64,000 nt of DNA from Octopus vulgaris (Eukaryota): contig OX597822.1 in NCBI GenBank assembly GCA_951406725.2, positions 57,660,001-57,724,000 of the forward strand. The letters are read 5' to 3'. A model generated the notes under the pieces. That model made no database searches. It was not told where the DNA came from and saw only the letters and a list, made by a program, of their open reading frames with translations. The first letter of the stretch is position 1, and every line of letters begins with the position of its first letter. The translations under genes were made by a program, and so were the position numbers. This document shows positions 12,941 through 26,736 of this stretch, one piece after another.

Positions 12941-13756
12941 CCTGTTGCCCTCCAGGAAAGCAACCGGCTTTAGTGGTACCTCAATAATCAAATATGGTGA
13001 CAGTATACTTACGAAACTTATGCTAAATATTTTGTCGTGTGTGATTCTATTGGACTTTTAAGCAATAAAATCAAAAGTTGTGTTTTTAAGCAGATGTGCC
13101 TTTTGGAAACAAGTCTCCATTCATACTTGCATAGTTATCATCATCATCATCATCATCATTGTAGTAGAGTAAGATGTCCCTTGGTGACTGGCAAATCTTT
13201 TTGAGTCACTATTTGTAATATATTACAAATAGTGATTGTATGTATTCTCTGACACACACACACACATATACATACATACATGTGAAGGCACGTGGTTAAA
13301 GATATTTGACTCATGACCATAAGGTTCTTGGTCCCAACCTTATAGTCATGAAGCAGGAGGTGTGTTGTGTCTTTGAGCAAGGCACTTCATTTCATGTTAT
13401 TCTTGTCTGCTTAAACTGTAAACGAGTACCGGTCAGGTGCTGATTCTGCTCTCTCTCTCTCTCTTTCACTCTTGCCCTCCAGCTGTCACATCCTGGGTTT
13501 GGGTTTGCTGCTAGGTCAAGAGTGAGTGGGTGTCCAGAGAGCATCTATATCTATTTGCTACTACATACAAACCTACAACAATTAATGACAGCTGGATGTA
13601 CTACTGGCTGTGCTACATGTACACACAATGTATACTTTAACAAATATGCATACACACACAGACACACACACATCACATGCAAATATACATGCCTGTAAAC
13701 TCCCACTACCCCCCACCTTAAGGCCCGTTTACTTTCAGTACTTGCTTTTATTTCAG

Positions 13757-13810
13757 CACTGGTGACATCAGTCATGGTTTCCTGTGGTATTATCCATCTG
13801 TTCAGAACTG
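13757..13810 (+). CDS. candidate 54-nt cassette exon of NRBP (72 nt from upstream acceptor, start 13739)
   Basis: cttgcttttatttcag|CACTGG...AGAACTG|gtgggt; open in phase 1: (A)LVTSVMVSCGIIHLFRT. Confidence 0.35.
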
Positions 13811-16800
13811 GTGGGTTTCTACTGGGTTTTGTTTTGGAAACTTTCTTGCATTAAATTTTTACTTAAATTTTTCCTGTTTGTTATATTTTTCCACCTTTTT
13901 TTTTTTTCCTTAAAACCACCCTGGCACCAGTTTTTTTTTTTCCACATTTGTTTCCCTCATATATATATATATGTATGTATATGTATGTATGGGTATATAT
14001 ATGTATATAATATATATATTGTAAAATTCTGGCTGCTCTTTATACATTTCCTTCTGAAAGATGAAATTGCTACCAATATCATATTGTGCTGTTGTAGCAA
14101 TACTGCCTCCCATATCACATATCTTGCTTTTTAACTTGCTTCTGGATATGAACTTGATACAGTTTTTTACTGTTGCATTCTTTGAAAGAAATTGGTCTTT
14201 AAATACTGCGCCATGTCTCTTACTCTGCATTTGTTAAGTTTGCCTGTTTTTACTGAATTTTTTTTCTTTTTCTTTTTCAAACTGAAAGATTTTGTGTTCG
14301 TTAATTGTTTATCAATTTCGGCGACTTGAGATGCTTCCCCCCCTATTCTCATACTGCTCATTTTCAACCAACAAAACACTCACACACACACAGTTCATAA
14401 AACCTGTGGATTTGCTGGTTATTAGAACTGTAATATTGACAAACTACTTCAATTTCATCGGGTGGGGGGGGTCTTATAAACTAAAAGTAAAATAAACTTT
14501 AACAACATCACAAATGTAAATATTTCTTTAAATTTTCTCAAACACACAGATGAGCCTGTAAATTTAAGAATCAGGAAATCTAATTTATATGTTGTTTGAG
14601 ATGATGGTGCATTGGCAAAATCATTAGAATGTCCTGCAAAATGCCTTGCTCTGTTTATTCTGGCTCTTTTACATTCTGAGTTCAAATATTGCCAGGATCA
14701 ACTTTGCCTTTTGTTCCTCCAGGAAGTTGATGATAAAATCATGTGCCAATGAAGTTAGCCCCTTCCACTCAGAATTACAGGTATTGTGCCTGTATTAATG
14801 TTCATATGGTGTTTGAGGGAATTTTGGTCCTGAAAATATTCTGAATTTTAAAAAATTAAAAAATCCTGAAGGGTAAAGAATAACTGTTTAACCATTATGC
14901 TGCTTTTTGTGATGTGGTAGTTGTAGTAGTAGTTGTAGTAGTCATAATATTAATAATAATAATAATAATAAAGATTGTGATGGTCTTTCTGTCTCTCTCT
15001 GCAAATGGGTGAGTAATTGCACTTTGTATAGCATGGCTGCTTATATGCTTCTGTTTTGTAGCTACAGCAATTCTTTAATGTTTGTTTGCTATGTGAGAGT
15101 ATCTGGAATGTTTGGAGGAGGAAGTAAACTCAGAAATCTCAACCTTGACCTTCACATAAATTGTGATTTTGACATTTACTTGTTTGTACATATACATGTT
15201 GCGTTTGGGACAACATTGTTAACTGGATCTCTACTGCTTTTGCTTGGTCTAGGTCTTACACTCAACCTTTCTACATAAACACACATATATATGCTTTCAG
15301 TAGCATTTATTATAACTAAAAGCACTCAGTATGTTGTAGGAATACCCGAATGTCCCTCTCTGATAGATATATATATACCACAGTTTTTGGAGGGGGTTTT
15401 TTTTCATCTTTTTTTCTGCCCTTCAGGAGTAGATATTGGACATCATTGTACTTGAGTCAAATTTCATTCCTCCTATTTTGTAGAAAACTTTTTCTCTTTT
15501 TTTTTTTAACAAATTATTCAACTACAGAAACAAACTATTGACAGCAAATAAGTTCAAGAATAATGTATCAACTTATTACAAATTTACGCATATCTGTGTG
15601 TTTGTTTGAGAGAGTGAGAGAGAGAGAGAGTCTGTGTGTGTGCGTGTGCATATTTGAGCTTGTATGCATGTATACACACACTCTCCCCATTACACATAGC
15701 ACATACATTAGTATTGAAATCCTGCCAGATTGGAATCTTCCTTACTGAAAATCTTCTGGTTCAATAGAACAATGGGGTCAATGCAGCTGACTATACTCAC
15801 TTCTTTACAAAATTACTTTGTATCTACACTCCCTAAAATCCATGTGTGCGCGTGCATACTATATGCATATTTTGGCAATGAAACAGGACTTTAAAATGGA
15901 AATACTGTAACCTTGTATATCATGTTTTCAATCCTTAACTGGATACCATGAGAAATATCCTTTGGAAAATGTTAAACTCGTTAATCATGTACATTCATGT
16001 TCATATTACAAACACATATACACACACACATATAAACATTCCTTTACAATTAGCTATCTTTATTACTATCCATCATGCTCACTTTGCACATATTTGGCAT
16101 CTACCACTCTCTATCTATCTGACATATATATATCCCTCCCATCTTTCAATTCCAGTAGTCTTTCTTCTGTCACTGTCATCCTACCTTTCTACCAATACCT
16201 TATTAACAGCTATCATGTAAATGTCTATCACTCTCTTTCATTGCTGTCTCTTCTATCTGTTGGTAACTGGACGCAGCAACCCTCTAGTGCTGGTGAACAA
16301 TTGGATTGTGGCAGTGTAGGGTAGAGAAGACATTTTGTTTAACGAGGGGCACGGTAACCTCTTTAATGTTGATGTCATAAAATTTACCAGTGCTCTCTGT
16401 AAAATGGTTAGCAAATGAAGGGAGACAATAAGGAGTACAAATGACTATGACAACCTCCCTAGTACTGGCACCATGATCTCATCATTATGTTTTTGGCTAC
16501 TTTTTCATGCTAACATGTGTTGGATAAGTCACCACAGACTGAGACAGCTCTTATTTGGATTTACTGCTCTCTTAGAAGGATCAAGGACCATGTCTTGCAT
16601 ATACGTTCCAATTTTGGAATATTTTCTATGACCGGATGCCCTTCCTATTATCAACTACTTTACAGAATGCACTAGTGCATGTTATCATGGTGAAACACAT
16701 AGGAATACTCAGCCACAAATATGTCAATTCTTGATTATCTTTTCAATTGATTGCTTTTATTTGCCAAATGCTGAAGTAATTTCACATTGATGGTGGAAAA

Positions 16801-16856
16801 TGTTTCCCAGTGTATTAACTGTGTTCTGTAGATTTTAAATGAAATAATAACAATGT

Positions 16857-17200
16857 AGGCATAGGTATGGCTGTGTGGTAAGAAGTTTGCTTCTCAGCCA
16901 CATAGTTCCAGGCTCAGTCCCACTGTGTGGCACCTTGGGCAAGTGTCTTCCAGCATAGCCTTGGGCCAACTAAAGCCTTGTTTATGAATTTGGTAGACAG
17001 AAACTGAAAGAAGTCCATTATATATGTGTGTGGATGTATGTATGTATCTGTGTGCCTTTGTGCGTGTGTTTGTCACCCCCATCACTGCTTGACAACCAGT
17101 ATCAGTGTGTTTACATCCCCATAACTTAAGTTTGGCAAAAGAGGCCAGTAGAATAAGTACTAGGCTTAAAAATTTGTTCGACTACAAACCCTTCAAGCAA
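16857..17200 (+). mobile_element. tRNA-derived SINE (family B) with internal microsatellite
   Basis: ggctgtgtggtaagaag head, cagtcccactg, ggcaccttgggcaagtgtctt, ggtagacagaaactgaaagaag, internal (TG/TA)n. Confidence 0.8.
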
Positions 17201-18284
17201 GCCAAGGGAAATATTGTTTGCTAGAGATGTAAACATTGCAACCACTTTCTGTTCACTCTGAGACTATGTGAAGGACATGCAGAAACATACATCCCAAAAC
17301 CCACACCTGTGTGCATTCACACTTGCATATGATAGCTGTAGGTATGGCTGTGTGGTTAAGCAGCTTGGTTCTCAGCCGTGTGGTTTTTGTGGTCCATCCT
17401 ACTACATGGTACTTGAGCAAGTGTCTATTTTCAGGCTGACCAATGCTTTGTGAGTGAAATTTGGTAGACAGCAACTGAATAATTAAGTTTTTACTAATAT
17501 TATTGCACACACATTGCACTGTCTATCATGCATGTGAGTGCTTTAATAATGTGAGCCTGCTAATGAGAAATACATCTCTCTTTAATAACTTGTCATTTCA
17601 CTCTTAGATGTGGTACTCCTGACAATCCACTACTGGACAAGAATATGGTTGCTAAGGTTACTAATTATTAAAAGAAAGCACTGTATCTATTTCTCCATCA
17701 TCACCACTGTCATCACAAAATAACTTCATTATCATCACCATCATTATCATAGTCACTGGTCACTGCCATAGTCACCATCTTCCTTATTATTTTTAAATTT
17801 CAAAGGCTAGATTCATTGTATGGTATCTAATTTCAGCTTCTACTTGGATGTGTTTTGTTATTTTATGATATCAGTCACTGTTTACAGAATCTAATGTTTC
17901 TGTTGGATTTCACCTCTTACTATTACTTGTGTCCTGCTCATCAATAATAATGTTTATTTGAGCAGTTTTTCTGTTGTTTATTCAACATGTCTAAGTTTAT
18001 TCTATTTTTTCTCATGATTTATTTTATTGAGATTAATAACAAAAACTACCTTCTGGTCTGTAATGTTTTCTTTTGGTCCTCATAATAGTTTAGACGTTAG
18101 TTTTTCATTACAAGAAGGGCCATGCCCACATCCTTTGTATGCTTCTCCAATAGGTCAGTGCAGTTGATAGCTAACTTGGACTTCACAGTACAGAAAAAAA
18201 TTGACTAAGCAGGATTTATAGAAGATTGAAGCTCTGAGGAGAAATGATTTAGTAAAATACTTGGTAGAGGATTTGGAATGGTCA

Positions 18285-18645
18285 TCATAATCATCATTGT
18301 TTAACCTTTGCTTTCCGTGCTGTCATGGGTTGGATGGTTTGACTGAGAACTGGTAAGCCAGGATGCTACACCAGGCTCCAATCTGATTCGGCAAGGTTTC
18401 TGCAGCTGGATGCCCTTCCTAATGTCAACCACTCCAAGGGTGTGGTGGGTGCTTTTTACATGTCACCAGCACAGGTACCACTCAGGCACCACTGGCATCA
18501 GCCATGCTCAAATGTTTTACGTGCCACCGCCATGGGTGCCAGTCAGGTGGCACTGGCATTGGCTATGCTTGAATGGTGCTTTTTATGTGCCATCAGCACG
18601 GATTCCAGTCAAGTAGCACTGGTATCGGCCACACTTGAATGGTGA
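18285..18645 (-). mobile_element. retroposon family C with internal tandem repeats
   Basis: reverse complement of the family C 3' end plus about 60-bp repeated units (ttttacgtgccac...gccagtcagg). Confidence 0.75.
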
Positions 18646-19467
18646 TTAGTGATGATAAAAGTGTTGAATGATGCAATGAATGGATTTGGATAGTGGCATT
18701 ACTCAACAAACTGGCTCAAAGGAGCAGTGGTTGTGGTAGCAGGAAAAGGGACAGAGAGGACACAACACATTATTGACCAGATGGTTGCAGTGAAGGTTTT
18801 TTTAATCAGCTAGATGGACTTCATTTTAATGTGTTTATAAAATATTTGTATTGTTGTTGCTGTTGTTTCTTTTAGGCCCTTAAACAAGCTGGCCTCTGAT
18901 CAAAGGCATTCCAAACATTACCATATCCATCTTGTTTTCAGACACAGTACATCAAGGACCATGTCATCCAATATATTCCTCTTATTCTTTCTTATGATAA
19001 GATGCAAACCAAGGGAGACTTAGTTGCTAATTTTTATCACTTTGCATAAGCTCATTTGATGACTTGTATTTCTGTATTGTGTATGTATGACAACTCTTTC
19101 ACTTCTTGCAAAAGGAACATGTTTCACTGGTCAGGCTGTCAATCAGCAGCCAATGCTTTTGGTACTGGCAGCAACAGCTGCAGAGATTTGTGAATGGTAT
19201 ATCTCTTTGAAAGGGCTGCAATCCTGGGTCAGGAGGTCAAAAATATTGCTGGGGGAGGGAACTTGCTCTTTGTAGTCAATCAGAGTACTCTTGGATCTGT
19301 GGAGTTCCTTTATTGACAGTCTTCCTCATCAACCATATCTTATTTGCTGTATACGTCATTATCTTTCATCTCATTTTATTTGATTTCATTGAAAACTCCA
19401 TTTCTCTTTTTGTTTTGTCACTTAACCCTGTGATATCTCCTTCAACCAGTGCCTTTGTGGTGATATT

Positions 19468-19898
19468 AATAATAATAATCCTTTCTATTATAGGCACAAG
19501 GCCTGAAATTTGGGGGTAGGGGGCCAGTTGATTAGATCAATCCCAGTACACAACTGGTACTAAATTTATCGACCCTGAAAGGATGAAAGGCAAGGTTGAC
19601 TTCGGCAGTATTTGAACTCAGAACGTAAAGGCAGACAAAATACTGCTAGGCATTTCATCCAGCACAGTAATGATTCTGCCAACTCACGGCCTTTAATAAC
19701 AATAATAATGGCAGAATCATTAGCATGCCATAGTGGCATTTTGTCTATCTTTACATTCTGAGTTAAAATTCTGCCATGGTCATCTTTACCTTTCATTCTT
19801 TCTGGAGACGATAAAATAAATACCAGTTAAGCACTGGGGTCAGTGTAATGATTTTCCCCATTCCCCAAAATTTCAGGCCTTGTGCCTACAGTAGAAAA

Positions 19899-19931
<33 letters not shown>

Positions 19932-19937
19932 CATTAT
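19468..19937. mobile_element. two head-to-head SINE family A copies (19468-19693 minus, 19708-19937 plus)
   Basis: the two halves are mutual reverse complements; (aat)n and (att)n tails face outward. Confidence 0.85.
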
Positions 19938-20228
19938 TCCATTTTTTTATTCTCTTTATTTGGTATATTCTATCAAATGACAACTGACGACTATTTTTAT
20001 GAAGGAAGCAAGTAAACAAAGCCAAACTATGGCGGCCTGCAAAATGCTTGCAATCACACAATAATGTAAAGAGTTGTGGGTAGGGTGGGGTGGGTTTTAT
20101 AATGAAGACAATTCACTAGCGAGGCAGTTGCTAGTAGACAATGTGTTTTATGCAACTTGGTGACACTTGTGTGCTTGATAACTTTTTATTTAGTCATTGG
20201 TAGGATGGCACAAATGACAGTGCTCAAA

Positions 20229-20412
20229 ATAACCCTTTAGCATTTAAACTGGTCAGATCTGGCCTCCCATACATACCCGGCAATGTCATTCTAAAAATAG
20301 ACAGTAGCATCATCAAAATGTTGAAGCTGCACGATAATGCATGATTGATTCAAAACAATGTGAATAAATAAGCTTTAGAGTCCATAAAGTAATCCAAATG
20401 CTGAAGAGTTAA
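20229..20412. mobile_element. piggyBac-like MITE
   Basis: taaccctttagcattta...aaatgctgaagagttaa termini; related copies near 5300-5516, 38150-38380, 39851-40062, 52355-52426. Confidence 0.6.
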
Positions 20413-21636
20413 TACATGAACCATTCAGTTACATCCTTGTCTTTTACATGCTGAGTTCATATCCCACCAGGATATCTGTTTTCATCTTTCCAGGCTTAAT
20501 AAATGATAATACATGGATCAGTCATGTATTGGATTTGAGATTAAACCTCTCCTCTATAAATCTATACAGCCTTGTGCCTGCCTATTTTCAAGATCTTTAT
20601 GTTATTGCTGTTTAACCCCAGATTAACTCTTACTGAGAAAACCTGTGATCAAAGACATAGTAGCCCTCTATTTATAGTGTATTGGATTACATTTTTGTAT
20701 TACTCTTTCTTTTCTCAATGGAATTTGACTTTCTTTGCAGGTCAAGTGACCTCATAGATGTTCTCTTCTTTGCTTGTAGAAATCCTTGTTATTTGGCAGT
20801 GGGGTGGGGATTACAGAATACAGTAAATCCTAGCCAGTATGTGACATGGTATTTAGGTACATTTCTGTATGTTTTGAGTATAAACCCTGCTTTGATAAAA
20901 TAATATGTGAGCTAACTGACCAGTAGAGCAGTCAGTTACTTGAACATTCAAGTAATCAATTGTACCATTCTTGCAGATTTGTTGCCATGTGCCTATGTTA
21001 AACATTATTATTACTATATCCATCATCATTATATGTATATTTGTATAAGTAGCACCAGCTAACAATATAGTTTATGGGGACAACACATTTTAACGCATTT
21101 ATTTTAATTTGATTCCTTTTCTTTATATTTATTTTGCTTCTTTTTTTTTTCTTTCCCTTTTTTTTTTTTTTTTTTCATTTGACAAGCTTTTCATTCAGCA
21201 AAATTTATAGCGATAAAATCCCCAAACAAATATTTTGGGACAACATCTGCAATTCTTCTTGTGTTTCTACATTCCCAAAACAACTGCACCACCACTACAT
21301 AATGTAATGTCAGTATGTAGCAGCATGATACTTTGCATGCCTGGATTGCCTTGTCATGTCTTCTCTACTATTATAACAATAATAATAATGCTTGGCTCAC
21401 TTCACTTTTAAGTTATTCTCTGTTTAATAGATTTTGATTTTAATTTCACGTGTATCCTCCTCATATATATATATATATATATGTATGTATGGTGTTGCTT
21501 TTATTTTTATTTTTGTTTGTTTATGTTTGTTTTTTATTTGTTTATTTGTAATTAAATATAAATACCAAAAAAAAAAAAAGTAAAATGAGCTTCAAGCTTG
21601 GCAGACCAAATGAACTCATTCTCTTTACCCCCACAG

Positions 21637-21657
21637 GATCTTTCTTCGAGAGAATGT
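21637..21657 (+). CDS. NRBP1: candidate 21-nt alternative microexon of NRBP
   Basis: ctcattctctttacccccacag|GATCTTTCTTCGAGAGAATGT|gtaagta; strong splice sites, 3n, open in phase 1: (G)SFFERM(F). Confidence 0.65.
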
Positions 21658-21995
21658 GTAAGTATGACCCCTTTTGTTAGGGAAATAAGGGGGTTGAATT
21701 TTGCAAAAGCAGAAACTGACAAAGAGAGAGAGAGTGTGAAAGTGCATTAAAACATTTAAAAAGAATGAGGGAGGAAAAAAGAAAGAAAATTTATATATGA
21801 AACCTGACTCTTTAACAAAGTAATATCAACATTGTTATCCCTTTTTCGCATTGGCTTCACCCAAAATACAAAGTCTTGGACCCGTTCTAGAACTGCTCTA
21901 AATGTTTTGGCACTACCAAAATGGAAACTACACTGTTTGCTTTTGTAGATGCTTCTACAAGACTTATAAACAAGCAAAATGATTACATTAGCTTA

Positions 21996-22031
<36 letters not shown>

Positions 22032-24704
22032 TCACTAATAAAACACTTTCTTTTTCTAACCTGGCTAGAAAAATACAATAGCCTCATATAAGTTCCAAGT
22101 CAAGAAACCTAGTTGCCAAGTTTACAGTAAAATATCTACGTGAACTACATTCCTGCCCTCAGTGACAAATCTGTAGCAACCCACTGAATTAAGAAGCACC
22201 ACAAACTTGTTAGGTAGAGTCTTTCATTTTGTTGTAAGTTGCTTTAACCCTGTCTGTGTGGGTGAAATATCAAAAAATGCAGTACACTTTAGAAAGAATA
22301 CATCATATACATATATACAAACATAATTGCATTAGATGGCATGTTTAGTGACATTTAGAAGTGGATAATGCTTGCTTACTGTTACTAATATAAATAAATT
22401 TCTAAAAGCTATATATATGCTTTCAAATGCACACACATGGTGTTGTTTGTTGCTAATTTTCTGTGTAAATATGGCCAGCAATGACAAATTGGATGGACAT
22501 CCAGCTACAGAAATCTTGCCTCAGCAAATTCCATCTAACTCATGCAAGCATGGAAAACTGGATGTTAAAATGACAGGTGACAATGATGACAGCAACAAAT
22601 ATGACACATTTGCACCCAATTGGCAGGGTTGTTAGAGAGTTGAATAGATTGCTTTGTGGCAATCATTCTGGCTCTGCTGTATGAGTTTAAATCCCACCAT
22701 GGTTAACTTTGCTTTTCATTTTTTAGGGGTCAATAATCTACCAGTCTTATAATGGTATTGATTCTTCTCTTTCTTCCCTCTGGAAAGAAATGTGTTGTGA
22801 GTCATACTTGGAGAGGGAGGATCTCTACCAGATCTAAAATACCCAAGACATATTGTATGTCATGACACTATCCCTAAGACAACACCAAAAACTTCAGAGT
22901 TGATGTTATGTGTATGTATATATACACACACACACACATGCACATATTTATGAACTCCTTCCCAGTGACCTAACAAAATAACACCTTTAATTCTTGGTTC
23001 CACAGCATAATTTGAACACGTTCCCCCTTCACCACCCATACACATTCAATTATGCAGCAGTCTTAAATTGTATATAAACTCCCTTGTTTTAAGATTGATC
23101 TCATTACAATAATGTTGCTTCATCACTGAAAATGGTTAACATTTAAAGGTAGATGAATGTCAGTGTGAGGTCACTGCAGCACATATATCAGTTAAGTACT
23201 GGAACTGATTTAAGTAATTTTACTTTTCTGCGTTTGTTGTGTCATCTGAATGTCATGAATAAGTTATTTGTTATAAGTACTGTTTAGTAGCAATAAGTTA
23301 TCACTATTTGTTTACTTTGATGTTGTTAGTTGTAGTAATAAGCTGGTGGATTCCCAAGCAGCATTTATATTTTTAACGCTCTTGACAATGCTGAATTGAA
23401 TGGTACTGCCAAGGTGCTGAAACAATAGTGATATCCATTTGGCAGCTGATGATGGGAATATACATTTGTTATGCTTGGTAGTGAATTTGTTATATCTTAG
23501 TCTCATTCTGAGTTGTCCTTCATCCTTGTAAAGTGGAAAGTGTTTGTGGATTCATAGTTTGTTGGGATCACTTACATTGGTATTGTTTAGTTTTCTTCAT
23601 GAGTAACCTAATCAGGCTTAGATATTGGTGTCTAGTTATGAGAGGTTCTATGCCATATATTGTAGGAGTGATTTGGTAGGGCTAATACAGTTCATAATAA
23701 TAATTATTATTATTATTTATGAAAAGGACCAGCAATTTTGAGAGGAGAGGGAAGGGACTAGTTAGAACCATCAATTCTGATGATGCCAAAAAGATGAAAG
23801 GTAAAGTTATCCTTAGTGGGATTTGAACTCAGAAGGTAAAGAGCTGGAACAAATACAGTAAGATATTTCTTCTAATGCTCAAATGATTCTGCCAGTGTGC
23901 CACCTTAATTTTTTTTTTCTTACCTTAACACAAAATGACAACTAACAGGGTAGTAGTATAATTACTTAAATCAGCTCCAGTATTTAACCGTTATTTGTTG
24001 TATCAGCCTTCAAAGAATGAAAAGCTTACTTGAACATGATGGAATTATGCAAGGCATTTTATCTGGTACTGTACCATATCTGCCATCCATTATTCATTGC
24101 ATAACTAAAACAAAATGACTAAACTCTGAATTAGAGAGGAGGGTAATCTCAAAAATTGACATACTGTTAAGAAAAGACTGCTTTCTCTGAAGATAAGAAG
24201 ACAGCTTTAGACATGTTTTTGCCTCATTGGGAATCATCAGCACAGCAGTTGTCCTACTTCGACTCAAATAGCCATAAGATTTAGACATATACAAAATGAG
24301 TACAGAATGTTTATGGCTTTGGGTAATTTGCATAATTAAAACAAAAATTACCTAAGAGAATTGAATTTGGACAACAGATGAATTAAAGGTATACTTGATA
24401 GTATACAAGATAAATTCTTGATTTATTGAAACTATACTTTGCTTTGAGGGATGCTAAATAAATATCTGTGATGGGAAGCTCTTTTTGTTGCTGACTTCTA
24501 CTTCTCTCCCAGTGAGTTAATAATCTCCGAGTCCATTATACAACTTACAGTCCAGGCAGGTTTTATACAAGTAACTGGAAACAAATAACACCATTTAAGG
24601 AACCTTTTGTTTTTTCAAAGATTGTACAATATGTCAAGACCCATCAGGAAACCATTGTTTACAAACCAGCAAATACAAGGGAAACACACAAAAATATACA
24701 TGCA

Positions 24705-24737
<33 letters not shown>

Positions 24738-24842
24738 CTAATATAGGATAAAATTTTTCAAAAAAAATGTTATCAATGGCTAGCATATTAAAAAATACCT
24801 CTAAAGGTTAAATATATAAACAACTTATAAACAAGTTTATAA

Positions 24843-24947
24843 GTTATATATATACATATATACACACGCATGTATATATATATGCATGTGTATATATATA
24901 TATATATATATACACATTTATATACATACATATACACATATATATAC

Positions 24948-24996
<49 letters not shown>

Positions 24997-25140
24997 CATA
25001 TATATACATTTATATACATACATATACACATATATATACATGTATATGATACATATATAAATACAACACACACAGACATATATATATATATATATACATA
25101 CATATATATATTTGCAAAAAAACAAAAGACATATATATAT

Positions 25141-25192
<52 letters not shown>

Positions 25193-25350
25193 TAAGCTTC
25201 TTTCAGTTTCTGTCTACCAAATCCACTGACAAGGCTTTGGTTGGCCCGATGCTATAGTAGAAAACATTTGGCCAAGCTGCCATGCAGGGAAACTGAATCC
25301 AAAACCACATGGTTGAGAAGCATTCTTCTCAACTTAGCGACCACTCCTGC
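24843..25350 (-). repeat. expanded compound (TA)/(TACA) microsatellite attached to the 5' part of a SINE family B copy
   Basis: about 350 bp of TA-rich repeat at 24843-25190 abuts the minus-strand SINE B segment 25191-25350 at the position of its internal microsatellite. Confidence 0.8.
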
Positions 25351-26121
25351 AAATGCACATATGTACATATATCTGTGTGTGTGTGTGTCCATAGAGAGGG
25401 AGAGAAAATGAAAAAATCACAAAAAAAAATATTGGTTAGTTTCACAATCCAAATTTTGGTGAAATTTATTCTGTGTAGTAAAGGGTGAGATTGGAAAAAG
25501 AAAGAAAAACTAAAAGAAAAAAATATAAAGGATGAAGTGACATGTGCTGGCTCTGTGTGTGTGTGTGTGTGTGTGTGTACGTGCACAGAATCTGTAAATT
25601 GGTGCTCCTTTGATTGAACAATCTGTTAGACAAAACTTGAACTTTACAATATATATATGGTAGATGTAATTTGAAAAAAAAATTGCAATTGATATCACTG
25701 ATATTGGTACTAATGTTCGTGTGGGAAGTAGTAATGGTGATGGTGATAGTGAGTTGTTTGTTAGTCTCTATCTATCTATCTATCTATCTATCTCTCTTTC
25801 TCTTCCCCATTTTCCTACATGATACATACATATACATCACACACTATTCTTAATGCAATAGGAAGCGTAAACCAATTACAAGCTTCTCTCTCTCTCCTAA
25901 CAGCTAATATAAGTTGTCATGCTAAGTAACAATGGGCTTCTACTTCTCATCACTATCACCAACCAAAAAGAGGAACCAATTATTAAAACTAATAATAGTT
26001 ATGCTTAATAATTTGTCACACGACACTTTATGCTTTCATAATCTCTCTTTGCAATAATTTAAACTGTTCCCTAGGCTTTATATTTCCCCTCTTTTGCTGA
26101 TGGTACCCTCTTATCTACATA

Positions 26122-26161
<40 letters not shown>

Positions 26162-26702
26162 GTGATTATTATTATTGTGATTTTTATTATTATCATTATT
26201 ATTATTATTTAGAACTGCTCCCTCCCCTTTTATTCTGTATTTCATTTACATTAAATGTACACAAATGGTGCGTGTGTGTAATGTTTACTTTTTTATTATT
26301 ATATGTATTGGTATTACTATCTTATGTAAATGTTCATGTAATAGTTATAGTGGTGGTTGTATTAGTAGTTGTAGTAGTAGTAGTAGTCCTAACAATTTTA
26401 TACCTATCACTTTATCTCAAGAAAATATAAGTTGTCTGATATTGGCTTGGCATGAAATGAATGAAGGTAAAAACAAAACTATAATAAAAGAATAGAAGTG
26501 AATGAAATATGTTTTAATAATTCAATGATTTCTATTTTATTTGTACTTGAATTGCAGACATTTTACTGTCTGTGTGTGTAATATATAAAAGCTATGTGAA
26601 TTCAATGTTATTTGGAATGCAAACTTCAAAAATTTCTTGAAGCAATTTAAATCTTCATTATATTTGATTTAGTTCATTTCATATCTCTCTTTTTCATCCA
26701 TT

Positions 26703-26736
<34 letters not shown>

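Noticed and set aside
14974-15008. Strong donor (gg|gtgagt) after GCAAAT, reminiscent of the FAN end of the vertebrate insert
   Set aside because: Nearest acceptor has no pyrimidine tract and gives 35 nt, not frame-preserving
20741-20757. Acceptor followed by GQVTS*, echoing exon 37186 (GQVTT)
   Set aside because: Only an 11-nt match, immediate stop, and it lies within a dispersed repeat
24788-25257. YI-rich ORFs on both strands
   Set aside because: (TA)n microsatellite artefacts
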